Below, piece after piece: positions 1 through 12,499 of a stretch of 64,000 nt of DNA. How positions within the stretch are numbered: the first letter of the stretch is position 1; every line of letters starts with the position of its first letter. The translations under genes and the position numbers were made by a program. The notes under the pieces were generated by a model that saw only the letters and a program-made list of their open reading frames with translations, had not been told where the DNA came from and made no database searches. The DNA comes from an uncultured Chlorobiaceae bacterium (GTDB lineage Bacteria; Bacteroidota; Chlorobiia; Chlorobiales; Chlorobiaceae): positions 2,518 to 66,517 of the forward strand of contig CAIMCD010000042.1 in assembly GCA_903839405.1 (NCBI GenBank), given 5' to 3'.

Positions 1-1
1 T

Positions 2-1468
<1,467 letters not shown>

Positions 1469-1500
1469 GAGTTAAGAGGGGAAAGAGAAATAACACCATG

Positions 1501-1529
1501 AAAAAAGGCGCATCAACTGCGCCTTTTTC
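1501..1529. terminator. Bidirectional intrinsic terminator between convergent thiC and tpiA
   Basis: AAAAAAGGCGCA-TCAAC-TGCGCCTTTTT hairpin with A and T tails. Confidence 0.8.
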
Positions 1530-1560
1530 AATCTATACCTATTTTAAAGGCTTGAAATCC

Positions 1561-2316
1561 TTATCTGGATGCGGCCTTGACAATTGCTACAAAATCCTCG
1601 GCATTGAGACTGGCGCCGCCGATAAGGCCGCCATCTATGTTCGGCATGGCAAAAAGCTCTGCGGCATTGGATGGCTTGACGCTTCCGCCATACTGGATAC
1701 GAAGCGCTTCGGCTGCTTCCTTGCCATAAAGTTCCGTAATGAGCGTGCGGATCAGAAGGTGCACCTCTTCGGCCTGTGCAGAGGTTGCGGTTTTCCCGGT
1801 TCCGATAGCCCAAACCGGTTCGTAGGCAATAACGATGGGTGAAATAGAGCTGATACCGTCCAGCCCTTCGCGGACCTGTGAAGAGATAACCGATTCGGTT
1901 ACGCCGGCTTCGCGCTCTGCAAGGGTTTCACCGACGCAGAGGATAACCTGCAACCCTTCCGACAAAGCCTTTTTAATCCGGAGGTTCACCGTAGCATTGG
2001 TTTCGCCGAAGTACTGCCGGCGCTCGGAGTGGCCGATAATAACGGAGGTACAACCCACCGCGTTGATCATTCGGGCCGAAACCTCACCGGTATAGGCACC
2101 GTCATTTTCATAATGGCAGTTCTGGGCAACAAGCTGAACCTCGCTTCCTTCAAGAATCCTTCCGGTTGCCTCAAGGGCAAGATAGGTCGGTGCAATGCCA
2201 ACCTCACAACCTGAAAAACCTTCACCAAGTGCGGCAAGAACGTCAAGGGCGAGTGTTTCAGACTCAGCAACACTGTTGTTCATTTTCCAGTTGCCGACTA
2301 CAATTTTTCTGCGCAT
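1561..2316 (-). CDS. tpiA: Triosephosphate isomerase
   Basis: [28 protein letters not shown] and GGASL motifs. Confidence 0.98.
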   Translation of the reverse strand: MRRKIVVGNWKMNNSVAESETLALDVLAALGEGFSGCEVGIAPTYLALEATGRILEGSEVQLVAQNCHYENDGAYTGEVSARMINAVGCTSVIIGHSERRQYFGETNATVNLRIKKALSEGLQVILCVGETLAEREAGVTESVISSQVREGLDGISSISPIVIAYEPVWAIGTGKTATSAQAEEVHLLIRTLITELYGKEAAEALRIQYGGSVKPSNAAELFAMPNIDGGLIGGASLNAEDFVAIVKAASR

Positions 2317-2323
2317 AATTTTT

Positions 2324-2548
2324 TTAATAATCTGTTTTTACCTCACAATAGATACGATCAATCTGCTCAACCGGAAAGCGGTGTTTTCCTGAACGGGCAT
2401 CCTTGAGTTCGACCTCGCTAGGGCCAACCGTAATAATTGTGCCATGCCACACCCGGTCCTCTTTGGTGACCAGATTGATTTCACGGTTCAGCAACTCCTG
2501 GTTGCCCCCGATACGCTCGCTGCGATAGATAATCTGACGTTTGCCCAT
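2324..2548 (-). CDS. Small hypothetical protein (74 aa), possibly Sm/LSm-like beta fold
   Basis: Fills the greA-tpiA gap on the operon strand with short spacers; protein-like composition. The fold is a guess. Confidence 0.7.
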   Translation of the reverse strand: MGKRQIIYRSERIGGNQELLNREINLVTKEDRVWHGTIITVGPSEVELKDARSGKHRFPVEQIDRIYCEVKTDY

Positions 2549-2572
2549 TATAATAACTGGTTTAATGTGCCG

Positions 2573-3052
2573 TTATTTAACAAAAATCTCCAATATCTCA
2601 TAATAAAGTTCACCCTTGGGCACGTTGATGTGCACTTTCTCACCAACACTTTTGCCGATCAGCGACCTTCCAACTGGAGAGCGCACCGAGATCTTTCCGA
2701 GATCGGAATCCGACTCTTCTGAAGAGACAAGGGTATATTCAATAATCTCCTCCTCAATCTCCAGATTACGCAGCTTTACCGAGGTAAAAATGTAAACCTT
2801 GTCGGTCTTGACATGTTTCGGGTCAAGAATCGTTGCGGCAGCCAGCTTGTTTTCAAGATCGGCAATACGCGCTTCAGTATGTGACTGCTCCTCGCGTGCC
2901 GCATCATATTCTGCATTTTCGCTTAAATCACCGTGTGAGCGAGCCTCGGCAATTTTTTCCAGAACTTCCTTTCTGGTTTCATGAACCAGCACATACAACT
3001 CCTCTTTCAGCCGGTTGTACCCATCTTTTGTAAGGTAAATTCTGTCAGTCAT
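2573..3052 (-). CDS. greA: Transcription elongation factor GreA
   Basis: [12 protein letters not shown] and ISxxSPVGRSL motifs; start placed at MTDRIYLT (ATG 3052), not the upstream ORF-track start. Confidence 0.96.
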   Translation of the reverse strand: MTDRIYLTKDGYNRLKEELYVLVHETRKEVLEKIAEARSHGDLSENAEYDAAREEQSHTEARIADLENKLAAATILDPKHVKTDKVYIFTSVKLRNLEIEEEIIEYTLVSSEESDSDLGKISVRSPVGRSLIGKSVGEKVHINVPKGELYYEILEIFVK

Positions 3053-3142
3053 CTCTTGGGCTGTTTTTTTGTTATAAAAAGAAAATACCCCCCATAAACG
3101 CGAATAGCGCGAGCAAACAGGACAGGATTGCAAAACAAAAAA

Positions 3143-3176
3143 AAGTAAAGTCAGCTTCGCGCCGCTGACTTTACTT
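3143..3176 (-). terminator. Intrinsic terminator downstream of degP
   Basis: 13-bp perfect inverted repeat AAGTAAAGTCAGC/GCTGACTTTACTT followed by a T tract on the minus strand. Confidence 0.75.
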
Positions 3177-3217
3177 CCAAGCAATGTACAATTCTTAATC
3201 CTTCAGGCAAAAAAAGT

Positions 3218-4732
3218 TTACACATTAAATGCAAAATAGATCCTGCTGCCGCCGCGATCAACAAGCAGAAAGAGCATATCCCCGCTTTTAACCTTTTTCA
3301 GCAGCGCCGTGAACTCCGCAAACGAACTAACCGCGCTCTTGTTCAGCGACAAAATAACATCCCCGTTGCGCAAACCCGCCTGGTAGGCATTGCTTGAGGG
3401 ATCAATTGCCGTAATCACCACCTTGCCTGCAAAGGATTTCAGGTTGAAGCGGCGGGCCTTATCCGCCGTCAGCTCTTCGGCCCTGAATCCAAGTGCGGTG
3501 TTGACGCGCTCTTCTGAAGGACTCCGGGAAGCAACACGCTCTTTTACCGGCAGCGCTTCAAGGTGCACCGTCACCAGCCTCTCGCTCCCCTCCCGCTGCA
3601 GCCGCAGCTTCACTATCGATCCAGGCGACTGGGCCGCAATAAGATTACGCAATTCAACGCTGCGGGTAACCTTTCGGCCATTGAACTCAAGGATAACGTC
3701 GCCAGTTTTCAAGCCGCTTTTGGCCGCAGGACTTCCCTCTACCACAGTGCCAACCAGCACCCCTTCAGCCGCGCGCAGATGCATGGCTGCAGCAAGATTC
3801 TCATCAATATCCTGGATGGTAATGCCCATGTAACCCCGCGCTACCTTGCCGGTGGTAATGAGTGAAGTCAGCACCTTGCGGGCCATGTTTGAGGGTACGG
3901 CAAAACCGATCCCCTCAAACCCTCCGGTGCGGCTGGCTATGGCGGTATTGATGCCGACAAGCTCGCCATTGATATTGACCAGCGCTCCTCCGGAATTACC
4001 GGGATTGATGGCTGCATCGGTTTGAATAAAATCCTCGTAATCGGCAAGGCCGACATTTGCGCGTCCCTTGGCGCTCACAATGCCCTGGGTAACGGTTCGG
4101 GCCAAATTTTCACCAAGCGGACTGCCGATGGCAATAACCCACTCACCAACGCGGAGCTTGTCGCTGTCGCCGATAATAATCGGCTTGAGATTCTGGGCGT
4201 TGACCTTGATGACGGCAAGATCGGTCTTGGGATCCTTGCCGATCACCTTTGCATCAATGCGGCGATTATCGGAGGTGCGGATATAGACCGTCTCGGCACC
4301 ATCCACCACATGATTATTGGTCAGAATATAACCGTCAGCCGTCACAATGACGCCAGATCCAAGACCATGCTGAACCTCTTTGCGACCATTCGGCACCCGT
4401 TCTTCAGGTGAACCAAAAAAATCATCAAAGGGAGTCCCGAAAAAGTGAAACGGCGAAAAGACCCGCTGTTTCAGGGTGGTTTCCGTAAAAATCGTTACAA
4501 CTGAAGGTGTTGCCGATTCGGCAATCTGCACAAAGGCCTCATTGAACCCCTTGAGCGACTGGATCGGGTAGTTCTCAATATTGTTCGTCGCCGAGGCGAA
4601 GTTCGGCCTCGTCGAAAGGGTCGGACCGCCGGGAGAAAAATGGAACTCAACATTGGAAAAAACAAGAGCCCCTACAGCAACACCGGCAAAAACAAGCAGG
4701 AGATAGCGCATTAACCTTTGTTTCTTGCTCAT
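3218..4732 (-). CDS. degP: HtrA/DegP periplasmic serine protease with two PDZ domains
   Basis: N-terminal anchor; TNNHVV, DLAVIK and GNSGGAL catalytic triad motifs; two PDZ-like segments. Confidence 0.93.
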   Translation of the reverse strand: MSKKQRLMRYLLLVFAGVAVGALVFSNVEFHFSPGGPTLSTRPNFASATNNIENYPIQSLKGFNEAFVQIAESATPSVVTIFTETTLKQRVFSPFHFFGTPFDDFFGSPEERVPNGRKEVQHGLGSGVIVTADGYILTNNHVVDGAETVYIRTSDNRRIDAKVIGKDPKTDLAVIKVNAQNLKPIIIGDSDKLRVGEWVIAIGSPLGENLARTVTQGIVSAKGRANVGLADYEDFIQTDAAINPGNSGGALVNINGELVGINTAIASRTGGFEGIGFAVPSNMARKVLTSLITTGKVARGYMGITIQDIDENLAAAMHLRAAEGVLVGTVVEGSPAAKSGLKTGDVILEFNGRKVTRSVELRNLIAAQSPGSIVKLRLQREGSERLVTVHLEALPVKERVASRSPSEERVNTALGFRAEELTADKARRFNLKSFAGKVVITAIDPSSNAYQAGLRNGDVILSLNKSAVSSFAEFTALLKKVKSGDMLFLLVDRGGSRIYFAFNV

Positions 4733-4763
4733 CGCTTATATCACAGATTTATTGATTGATTGG

Positions 4764-6254
4764 TTAGGATAAAGCCTCAATATTTTCAACCGCAATCAGG
4801 CCAGCCCTCATCTTGTTCATGGTCTCTTCATATTCAGACTCGGGTATTGAATCGGCGACAATGCCTCCGGCGGCCTGAAAATAGATGGTCTCAGCTTCAA
4901 CCACCATGGTGCGTATGGCAATAGCGGTTGTAAGATTGCCCTTGAAATCAAGAAAGCCGACCGCGCCGCCGTAAAGTCCGCGCTTCTCTTTTTCAAGCTC
5001 ATAAATAATTTCCATTGCTCGAACCTTTGGGGCTCCGGTCAGAGTACCTGCCGGAAAACAGGACCAGAAGGCATCCATGGTTCCAAGATCGTCACGCAAT
5101 TCACCACGAACGTTACTGACAATATGCATCACGTGGGAATATTTTTCAACTACCATCATCTCATTTGTCTCAACCGTACCGATTTTAGCGATTCTTCCAA
5201 TATCGTTCCGGCTCAAATCAATCAGCATCAGGTGCTCGGCCCGCTCCTTTTCGTCTGCAAGCAACTCAAGGGCAATGCGCTCATCCTCCTCAAAGGTGCT
5301 GCCGCGATGGCGTGTGCCGGCAATGGGACGGGTATCGACAATGCGGCGCCCGCTCGTGTCACGCTCAACCTTGACAAGCAGCTCGGGTGAAGAGCCCACA
5401 ATCTGGAACTCCTGCATGTCAAAGTAGTAGAGATAGGGCGAAGGGTTGACGGTTCTCAGCATCCGGTAGACATCAAAAGGACGGGTATTGAGATGGCGGT
5501 GCAGCCGCTGGGATATCTGTACCTGAAAAATATCTCCCGCAACAATGTACTCCTTGGCTTTGAGCACTTTCTGCAAATACTCCTCTCTCAGGGTATTGGA
5601 GACAACCGGCTCCGGCTGTTCCGGGCGGAAGGCGATCTCGTCACGCCCGAGGGGACGGAACATCGCCTCGGCAATAAGCTCGATCTTCCTCAATGCATCG
5701 GCCTTGTCGCTCTCCTGGAGGTAGTTGGAGACAATGAAGACCTTGCGCATGATATTGTCAAAGACCACAAGGGTATCGCAGAACATGAGCACAACGTCGG
5801 GCAGTGAGGCCGGATCCTGGAGTTCAGGTTTCGGAATCCGTTCAACCAGATGCATGGCGTCGTAGCCGAAATAACCGAAAACCCCTGACGTGATCATCTG
5901 GGGCGAACCATTCTTTTTTCTTGGAATCTCAAGGGTATCAAATGCCGCAAGGGTGCGGTCAATCTTTTGACGCAGGTCGCTCTCCCCTGCCGCAATAGTC
6001 TCAAGATCACGGAATTTTTCATCCAGAATCCGCAAAGAAGACTCTCCATCCACCGAACCGGTAAGAATCGCAACCGGATCAATGGCTATATAGGAAAAGC
6101 GGGCAAGAAACTCCTCGCCCTCTACCGATTCAAGCAGGCATGAAAAGGGACGCTGCAGTTTAAGGTAAACGGAAACCGGCGTCTCGGTATCAGCATGAAC
6201 CTCCTTGAAGAGCGGTTTAAGGATGTAGGGTGCATGCTGCTGATGTTCTGACAT
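4764..6254 (-). CDS. trpE: Anthranilate synthase component I
   Basis: SPELLV, RPIAGT, KERAEHLMLIDLSRND, FPAGTLTGAPK and AGGGIVADS motifs. Confidence 0.93.
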   Translation of the reverse strand: MSEHQQHAPYILKPLFKEVHADTETPVSVYLKLQRPFSCLLESVEGEEFLARFSYIAIDPVAILTGSVDGESSLRILDEKFRDLETIAAGESDLRQKIDRTLAAFDTLEIPRKKNGSPQMITSGVFGYFGYDAMHLVERIPKPELQDPASLPDVVLMFCDTLVVFDNIMRKVFIVSNYLQESDKADALRKIELIAEAMFRPLGRDEIAFRPEQPEPVVSNTLREEYLQKVLKAKEYIVAGDIFQVQISQRLHRHLNTRPFDVYRMLRTVNPSPYLYYFDMQEFQIVGSSPELLVKVERDTSGRRIVDTRPIAGTRHRGSTFEEDERIALELLADEKERAEHLMLIDLSRNDIGRIAKIGTVETNEMMVVEKYSHVMHIVSNVRGELRDDLGTMDAFWSCFPAGTLTGAPKVRAMEIIYELEKEKRGLYGGAVGFLDFKGNLTTAIAIRTMVVEAETIYFQAAGGIVADSIPESEYEETMNKMRAGLIAVENIEALS

Positions 6255-6372
6255 AAAAACAAATAGCTGAAGAGGTTATTGTTAACTCGCAATAAACGGG
6301 ATATTTTTTGTATATAAAAGGTCAACAACCGGGTTACCACTGTCCGGAAAGAGCCGCAAAACCGTCGTACCC

Positions 6373-6801
6373 ATGGCAACGCAACCGAGCGAAAAAAAAC
6401 TGATCATCCAATGGCTCAAAGCGCTCATCCTCTCACCCGGCATACTCTTTTGTACAGGCTATCTCCTGCTCTACCTCCTTACGGCGCACTGGCTCGGTGT
6501 GCACTTTAAGGATGAACTGCTCCGATCCTTCACCGAAACAACCGGCAACCGGCGCCAACTCCAGATAGCCTCGCTGAAAACCGATTTTTTCCTTGACACC
6601 CTGACCCTCACCCAGATCGAACTCTCTGGGGCACCATCCCCTTCCGGTGCCAGGCAAACCAGCGGGCAACCGATAACCATCAGCACGATGACAATAACCT
6701 TGCCCGATCTTGATACCTTTCTCTTCTCGCCAGCCACTCGTCAATCCTCAAGCCGAGCGGTATGTGAAGAGATCCTCAAAGCCGAACAACGCCTTCAGTG
6801 A
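6373..6801 (+). CDS. Hypothetical membrane-anchored protein
   Basis: 142-aa ORF with one N-terminal hydrophobic segment; fills the trpE-lepB gap. Confidence 0.65.
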   Translation: MATQPSEKKLIIQWLKALILSPGILFCTGYLLLYLLTAHWLGVHFKDELLRSFTETTGNRRQLQIASLKTDFFLDTLTLTQIELSGAPSPSGARQTSGQPITISTMTITLPDLDTFLFSPATRQSSSRAVCEEILKAEQRLQ

Positions 6802-6823
6802 GCGGTTCGGTGAACATAACATT

Positions 6824-7696
6824 TCAATGAACAATCAATCCTGAGCGCTGCCAGCGGATTGAGCTGAGCTTGCCTAGCGGATCACCGAGCCAGGTCAGAT
6901 CAGGATTCCAAGACCAGTAAACAATCAGGGCCTGACCGACAAGATCCTTTTCGGATAAAAATCCCCAGAAGCGGCTGTCAAGACTGTTATCGCGGTTGTC
7001 ACCCATCGCAAAGTAATAATTATCTTTAACCGTGTACTCCGAAGCCGGGGCCCCGTCAATATAAACAAGCCCCCCCATTAAACTCACCTCATGGCCTTCG
7101 TCCGTAATCAGCGAGGTGTAGAGCGGATAGGTTCGAGCCGAGAGATGGAGCACATCGCCTTTACGGGGAATGCGGATCGGGCCATAGTTATCCTTGTTGT
7201 AATCTGAATTCTGCGGAAAAATCATATCATCGCCCAGCCCCGGAGGCATTCGGACACCGATAAACTGAGCCTGTGGCGGCAGGGGTGAGGCTTTTTTATT
7301 GACCAGAAGCTGCTGATCATGAATCTCAAGGGTATCGCCGCTGATAGCAACACAGCGCTTGATATAGTTCAGTGAACGATCTTTGGGAAACTTGAAGACA
7401 ATAATATCCCCCCGGTCAACCTTGGCAATGCCCGGCAGGCGGACATCGGTAAAGGGAATTTTCGGCCCGTAGACATATTTGTTGACAAAAAGGAAATCGC
7501 CGGCAAGCAGCGTACGCTCCATCGAGCCGGTTGGAATATGGTAGGACTCAACAACAAAAATCCGGAGAAACGTGGCAAATATCGCCGCTATGACAAGCGC
7601 TTCAAACCACTCCCTGGACTGTTTTTTGCCTTGTGTACCCTGCTGATTGCTCAATTGAGTATGACGTTTGAGTTTAAAAAAATCTGTTACGACCAA
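6824..7696 (-). CDS. lepB: Signal peptidase I
   Basis: GSMERTL (Ser), NYIKR (Lys) and GDNRDNSLDSRFWG motifs; follows lepA. Exact start uncertain. Confidence 0.95.
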   Translation of the reverse strand: MVVTDFFKLKRHTQLSNQQGTQGKKQSREWFEALVIAAIFATFLRIFVVESYHIPTGSMERTLLAGDFLFVNKYVYGPKIPFTDVRLPGIAKVDRGDIIVFKFPKDRSLNYIKRCVAISGDTLEIHDQQLLVNKKASPLPPQAQFIGVRMPPGLGDDMIFPQNSDYNKDNYGPIRIPRKGDVLHLSARTYPLYTSLITDEGHEVSLMGGLVYIDGAPASEYTVKDNYYFAMGDNRDNSLDSRFWGFLSEKDLVGQALIVYWSWNPDLTWLGDPLGKLSSIRWQRSGLIVH

Positions 7697-7785
7697 AGCC
7701 TCACCACACTACCGGACGTTTTTTTTGGGCACTTCCTGCTGTAACCAACATCCAGGAGCAGAAAAGTGCCCGAAGAGGAGCTGCT

Positions 7786-9603
7786 CTATTCATCAATGTT
7801 AAGCAGAGCCAGGAAGGCCTCCTGCGGAACCTCGACGCGGCCGACCTGCTTCATCCTCTTTTTACCCTCTTTCTGCTTTTCAAGCAGCTTGCGCTTGCGG
7901 CTGATATCACCGCCATAGCACTTGGCCAGCACGTTTTTGCGCATGGCTGAAATGGTTTCGCGCGAAATCACCTTGCTGCCGATAGCCGCCTGAATGGCAA
8001 CCTCATACATCTGCTTGGGAATAATCCCCTTCAGCTTCAAGCAGAGCTTCTTGCCCCAGTCATAGGCCTTCGAGCGGTGAACCACAATCGAGAGCGCATC
8101 AACCGCCTCGCCGTTCAGCAGCACATCAAGCTTGACCAGATCGGATTCACGGTAGCCGATATAGTCGTAATCCATTGAGGCATAGCCTTTTGAAATGGAT
8201 TTGAGCTTGTCATGAAAGTCAAACACAATTTCCGCCAGCGGGAACTCGAAGTGCATGATCACCCTCGTCACATCCAGATAATCGGTATTCTTGTAATCGC
8301 CACGCCGCTCCATGCCAAGCTTCATGATGTTGCCGATATAGTCGGCCAGCGTAATGATCTGCACGCTCACATAGGGCTCCTCAACCAGGTTGATGCGGGT
8401 TGTATCGGGCATCTTGGAGGGGTTATCGACAATAACCACTTCCGAGTTGGTCATCACCACCCGGTACTCCACGTTCGGCACCGTGGTAATGATGTTGACG
8501 TTGTACTCCCGCTCCAGACGCTCCTGAATGATCTCCATGTGGAGCAGGCCAAGAAAGCCGCAACGGAAGCCGAAACCAAGCGCCACGGAAGTTTCGGGCG
8601 TATAGACCAGCGAGGCATCGTTCAGAGCAAGCTTTTCAAGCGACTCGCGCAGATCCTCAAACTCGTTGGAGTTGATCGGGTAGAGACCGCTGAAGACCAT
8701 CGGCTTCACATCCTTGTAGCCCGCAAGACGCTCACTGGCCGGATGGTCAGCCAGCGTGACCGTATCACCAACCTTGGCATCCTTGACATCCTTGATGGAG
8801 CAGATCAGGTAGCCCACATCGCCCGACTCAAGCTGGTTTTTCGGCTGCCGCTTCATGCTCATGGTGCCGATCTCATCAACGTAAAAGACTTTACTGTTGG
8901 CAAAAAAGCGCACCTTGTCACCCTTTTTAAGAGCACCGTCAACAATCCGCAGGTAGATCACCGCGCCCCGGTAGGCATCAAAGACCGAGTCAAAAATCAG
9001 CGCCCGCAAGGGAAGATGGTTGTTGTCGGCAGGTGCTGGAATACGGGCAATAATGGCCTCCATCAGCTCCGTCACCCCGAGGCCGGCCTTGGCCGAAACC
9101 TGCAAAATGCTCTCACGTTCAACACCGATAAGATCCATGATCTGACGGGCAACCCCCTCAACGTCCGATGAGGGAAGGTCAATTTTATTGATAACCGGAA
9201 TAATATCAAGCCCGGCCTCAATGGCCAGGTAGAGGTTGGCAATGGTCTGGGCCTCAACGCCCTGCGTGGCATCCACCACCAGCAGAGCCCCTTCGCAGGC
9301 CGCAAGCGAACGCGAAACCTCATAACTGAAATCCACATGACCGGGAGTATCGATCAGGTTGAGGGTATATTGCAAGCCATCCGCCGCCTTGTACTTCATC
9401 TGGATGGCATGGCTTTTGATGGTAATACCACGCTCACGCTCAAGGTCCATATCATCAAGAACCTGGGCTGAGGACATCTGGGAACGGTCAAGGGTATGGG
9501 TTATCTCCAAAAGGCGGTCGGCCAGTGTGGATTTGCCATGATCAATATGTGCGATAATGCAGAAGTTCCTGAGAAGCTTGACTTCTGTACTGGGCAGAGC
9601 CAT
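7786..9603 (-). CDS. lepA: Elongation factor 4 (LepA)
   Basis: [24 protein letters not shown] and the C-terminal [25 protein letters not shown] motif. Confidence 0.98.
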   Translation of the reverse strand: MALPSTEVKLLRNFCIIAHIDHGKSTLADRLLEITHTLDRSQMSSAQVLDDMDLERERGITIKSHAIQMKYKAADGLQYTLNLIDTPGHVDFSYEVSRSLAACEGALLVVDATQGVEAQTIANLYLAIEAGLDIIPVINKIDLPSSDVEGVARQIMDLIGVERESILQVSAKAGLGVTELMEAIIARIPAPADNNHLPLRALIFDSVFDAYRGAVIYLRIVDGALKKGDKVRFFANSKVFYVDEIGTMSMKRQPKNQLESGDVGYLICSIKDVKDAKVGDTVTLADHPASERLAGYKDVKPMVFSGLYPINSNEFEDLRESLEKLALNDASLVYTPETSVALGFGFRCGFLGLLHMEIIQERLEREYNVNIITTVPNVEYRVVMTNSEVVIVDNPSKMPDTTRINLVEEPYVSVQIITLADYIGNIMKLGMERRGDYKNTDYLDVTRVIMHFEFPLAEIVFDFHDKLKSISKGYASMDYDYIGYRESDLVKLDVLLNGEAVDALSIVVHRSKAYDWGKKLCLKLKGIIPKQMYEVAIQAAIGSKVISRETISAMRKNVLAKCYGGDISRKRKLLEKQKEGKKRMKQVGRVEVPQEAFLALLNIDE

Positions 9604-9921
9604 AAAAAGAGCGTTTTATTACTGGTAAAAAAATTCAAGGTGAGAATATAAGCAAATAGAGTCAGCCTGCATATAAATTTACACGTCAGGGATACAAGGA
9701 TCACAGGAAAACCACAAGAAATATCAGGTAACGAGCAAAACCCCGCCCAATCAAAATAGAGAAGTTGCCACTTAAATAAAAATGGTGCGTTGGTTGGCGT
9801 GGTTATTCAGTGCGATTGTGAAGGGGGGTGCGTTGAGCTGAGGAGGTTATGGACGGTTCGGCTTAGGGAGCTGGCTGTTGAGACATGGAGGCATTATGCC
9901 AGATCAAGAAAAGTGAGTGTT

Positions 9922-10212
9922 TTAGCGATCAATCCAATAATCAGGTTTTCGGTGCTGATGTGCAACCGCAATGATAACAATATGCTGCTCCTCAACCGAA
10001 TAGAGCAAATTATATGGAAATTTATGCAGCATACATTTTCTGATATCCCCACGTTCCACTGGCCATGCAGCAGGATACTGAACTATTCTTGAGACCGCCT
10101 TTTTCGCCTCTTCCTTGAAGCTCTGACCAAGAGCGGTAAATTCCATCTCGTAAAAATGCGCTGCATCATCCACTTCCTGCTTCGCATATTTAAAAAAAAC
10201 AACCATTAACAT
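9922..10212 (-). CDS. Type II toxin, ParE/RelE superfamily
   Basis: 96 aa, directly abutting the antitoxin stop codon; A..EV..A..FY...G..F and FPY.L.Y....HI.IIAVAH..R.P.YW pattern typical of ParE-like toxins. Confidence 0.85.
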   Translation of the reverse strand: MLMVVFFKYAKQEVDDAAHFYEMEFTALGQSFKEEAKKAVSRIVQYPAAWPVERGDIRKCMLHKFPYNLLYSVEEQHIVIIAVAHQHRKPDYWIDR

Positions 10213-10416
10213 TTAATCCAAAAACACATCTTCCATAGGAACGCCTTCAATGCGCCCTTCTCTGTAGGCTTTAAGCCTTTTCTCCGCCTCTTCGGCCCAG
10301 ATTGCATCAATCTTTGGATCGGGCTCGTCAAGGCTTCGCAATAAAGCGTCAATAATCATCAACCGATCTACCGGCTTGAGGTTCATCGCCAGCTCAAGAA
10401 TCTCCTTATTACTCAT
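10213..10416 (-). CDS. Addiction-module antitoxin (TIGR02574-like)
   Basis: 67 aa; L.P.DR..I...L..SL and W..EA..R...Y..G pattern; lies upstream of the toxin. Confidence 0.85.
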   Translation of the reverse strand: MSNKEILELAMNLKPVDRLMIIDALLRSLDEPDPKIDAIWAEEAEKRLKAYREGRIEGVPMEDVFLD

Positions 10417-10627
10417 AACTCATCTCCTTACTCGTAAAGCAACTAAGTCTTCTGTTTTCTGCTCAAAAAAAAGAGCAACGACAAATATACTGCAAAATTA
10501 TTTACGAGAGTAAGTACTTTTTTTAATGAACTCAACTGAAGCTTTTCGACTGAAAGAGGTTGATACGCGGAGAAGAGCGGGTTGAACCCGCCCGGAAATG
10601 TAATATGAAAAAGCTTTCAGGAACAGG

Positions 10628-11581
10628 CTACACAAATTTGAGCGATTCGTTTTCGTGGCGGAAACCTCTGAGGAACTCGGTGGCTTCCATGGGTTTACGG
10701 CCTTCGAGCTGGAGGGAGAGCAGTTCAATCCAGCCATCGGAACCGCTGGCATAGAGTCGGCCACGATCAACAAGAATGGTACCCGCAGGGGCTGAGTGGT
10801 GTTCCGGTGGATGCACAACCGGAGCGGAGCGGAAAATTTTCATGGTTTTACCCTCAAAGGTTGTCCATGCCGCAGGCTTCAGCGCAAGGCCCCGGATAAA
10901 GTTATGCAGTGCGGCAACCGGTTGCGCCCAGTTGAGGCGGGTATTGTCACGATCAAGCTTGGGAGCCTTTGACGCAAGCGATTCATCCTGACCCAACACC
11001 TCCACACTCCCGGCCGCAATCCGGTGCAGGGTATCAACCACAACTCGGGCACCGATCTCTGAAAGGCGGCCTGCAAGCTCGGTGGCATTTTCATCGGGCC
11101 CGACCTCGGTTGTTTCACGAAGAATGATGCTGCCGGTATCAACCCGCTTCTGGAGGAAAAAGGTGGTTACACCGCTCGTTGTATCGCCGTTGACCAGAGC
11201 CCAGTTGATAGGCGCCGCGCCACGGTAGGCAGGAAGGAGCGAAGCGTGCAGATTGAAGGCTCCAAGCCGGGCCGCTTCATAGACCGCAGGAGGGAGGATG
11301 CGGAAGGCGGCCACCACTATAACATCGGCTCTCTCGGCGGCAACAACAGCAGCAAACTCCGGGCTTTTGACGTCATCCGTTTCGTAGACCGGCAAGCCAA
11401 GCAGAAGCGCCGCCTGCTTTACCGGGGAGGGTTCGGGATCGCTGTTTTTTTTCCGGCGGGGCTTGTCGGCTCCGGTTACAACCAGAACCACTTCAAACGC
11501 ACTCCCTTCGGCAGCAATGGCCTGCAATGAAGGAACAGCAAACTCCGGCGTGCCCATAAAAATAATCCGCATGGTACTCAT
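10628..11581 (-). CDS. fmt: Methionyl-tRNA formyltransferase
   Basis: FMGTPEFA and [16 protein letters not shown] motifs; follows def. Confidence 0.97.
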   Translation of the reverse strand: MSTMRIIFMGTPEFAVPSLQAIAAEGSAFEVVLVVTGADKPRRKKNSDPEPSPVKQAALLLGLPVYETDDVKSPEFAAVVAAERADVIVVAAFRILPPAVYEAARLGAFNLHASLLPAYRGAAPINWALVNGDTTSGVTTFFLQKRVDTGSIILRETTEVGPDENATELAGRLSEIGARVVVDTLHRIAAGSVEVLGQDESLASKAPKLDRDNTRLNWAQPVAALHNFIRGLALKPAAWTTFEGKTMKIFRSAPVVHPPEHHSAPAGTILVDRGRLYASGSDGWIELLSLQLEGRKPMEATEFLRGFRHENESLKFV

Positions 11582-11619
11582 CTAAAGCATTTTATATCAG
11601 AAATATACACTTCAATTCA

Positions 11620-12183
11620 TCACCCCTGGATTGCGGCAATTTGCTCCCGCGCCACAACCGGGTAGTCGGCCTTGACATTGCCCGAAGAGAGTGCGGCCAG
11701 CTCCTGCTGGACTTTTCGGCGGTCACGCTTCTCCATCCGGTCAACAAACAGCGTGCCGTCAAGATGATCAATCTCATGCTGCAGCACCCTCGCAAGCATG
11801 CCGGAAAACTCGCCGGTCTGCTCCACGAAATTCGCATCACGGTATTTCAGGGTGATCGAGGCCGGACGCAGAACATCGCCCTGAACGCCGGGAATGCTCA
11901 AGCACCCCTCCTCCATCTCGTTACTCCCCTTCACGGCCAGAATATGAGGATTGATCACCACCATCGGCAACTCGCTGGCATATTTGGCAATACAGGAGAT
12001 GTCGAGCACCAGGAGCCTTATGGAATGGCCGATCTGGGGCGCAGCAAGGCCAATGCCCGAAGCGTTGTGCATCGAATCAAACATCGATTTTATCAACTCC
12101 TTAATACCGCTGTCAACTCCCTTCAACGGGGTTGCTTTCTGTCGAAGAATATCGTCACTATAGATATTGATCGGTAATATCAT
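11620..12183 (-). CDS. def: Peptide deformylase
   Basis: GIGLAAPQ, EGCLS and QHEIDHLDG motifs. Confidence 0.98.
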   Translation of the reverse strand: MILPINIYSDDILRQKATPLKGVDSGIKELIKSMFDSMHNASGIGLAAPQIGHSIRLLVLDISCIAKYASELPMVVINPHILAVKGSNEMEEGCLSIPGVQGDVLRPASITLKYRDANFVEQTGEFSGMLARVLQHEIDHLDGTLFVDRMEKRDRRKVQQELAALSSGNVKADYPVVAREQIAAIQG

Positions 12184-12499
12184 ACCACTTCTGCTTTATT
12201 TTTATTGAGTTACCTAGCCAAGCACAACACCCCGTCGCCATAATAAGTTGCCCAAGCGGGAAGAGTGGCGAAGCCGGCCATAAGGAGAAAATAATAATAA
12301 TCCATTCCATATTACCAAGAGAGATGGGCGAACAAAAGCCTTCTTGATAGCCTGATGATGAGAATCATGATGCCTTGGAGAGCTGGCATGAAGGGACGGC
12401 TTTTTTTCATCTCCCAAAATTTGTACATTTATGGAACAAAAGAGCAGCAATCACGATTCTTGGGCGCGTTCTTCCAATCTTTATTGCCACCCTCTGTTT

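Noticed and set aside
8212-9171. Long antisense or overlapping ORFs (e.g. 8212-9171, 17414-18238, 35995-36867, 43058-43777, 61275-61904)
   Set aside because: They are shadows of well-supported genes on the other strand, with no motifs of their own.
12184-12499. Short ORFs in the def-fur spacer (e.g. 12214-12450)
   Set aside because: No recognisable motifs or clear RBS; the frames are interrupted by stops.
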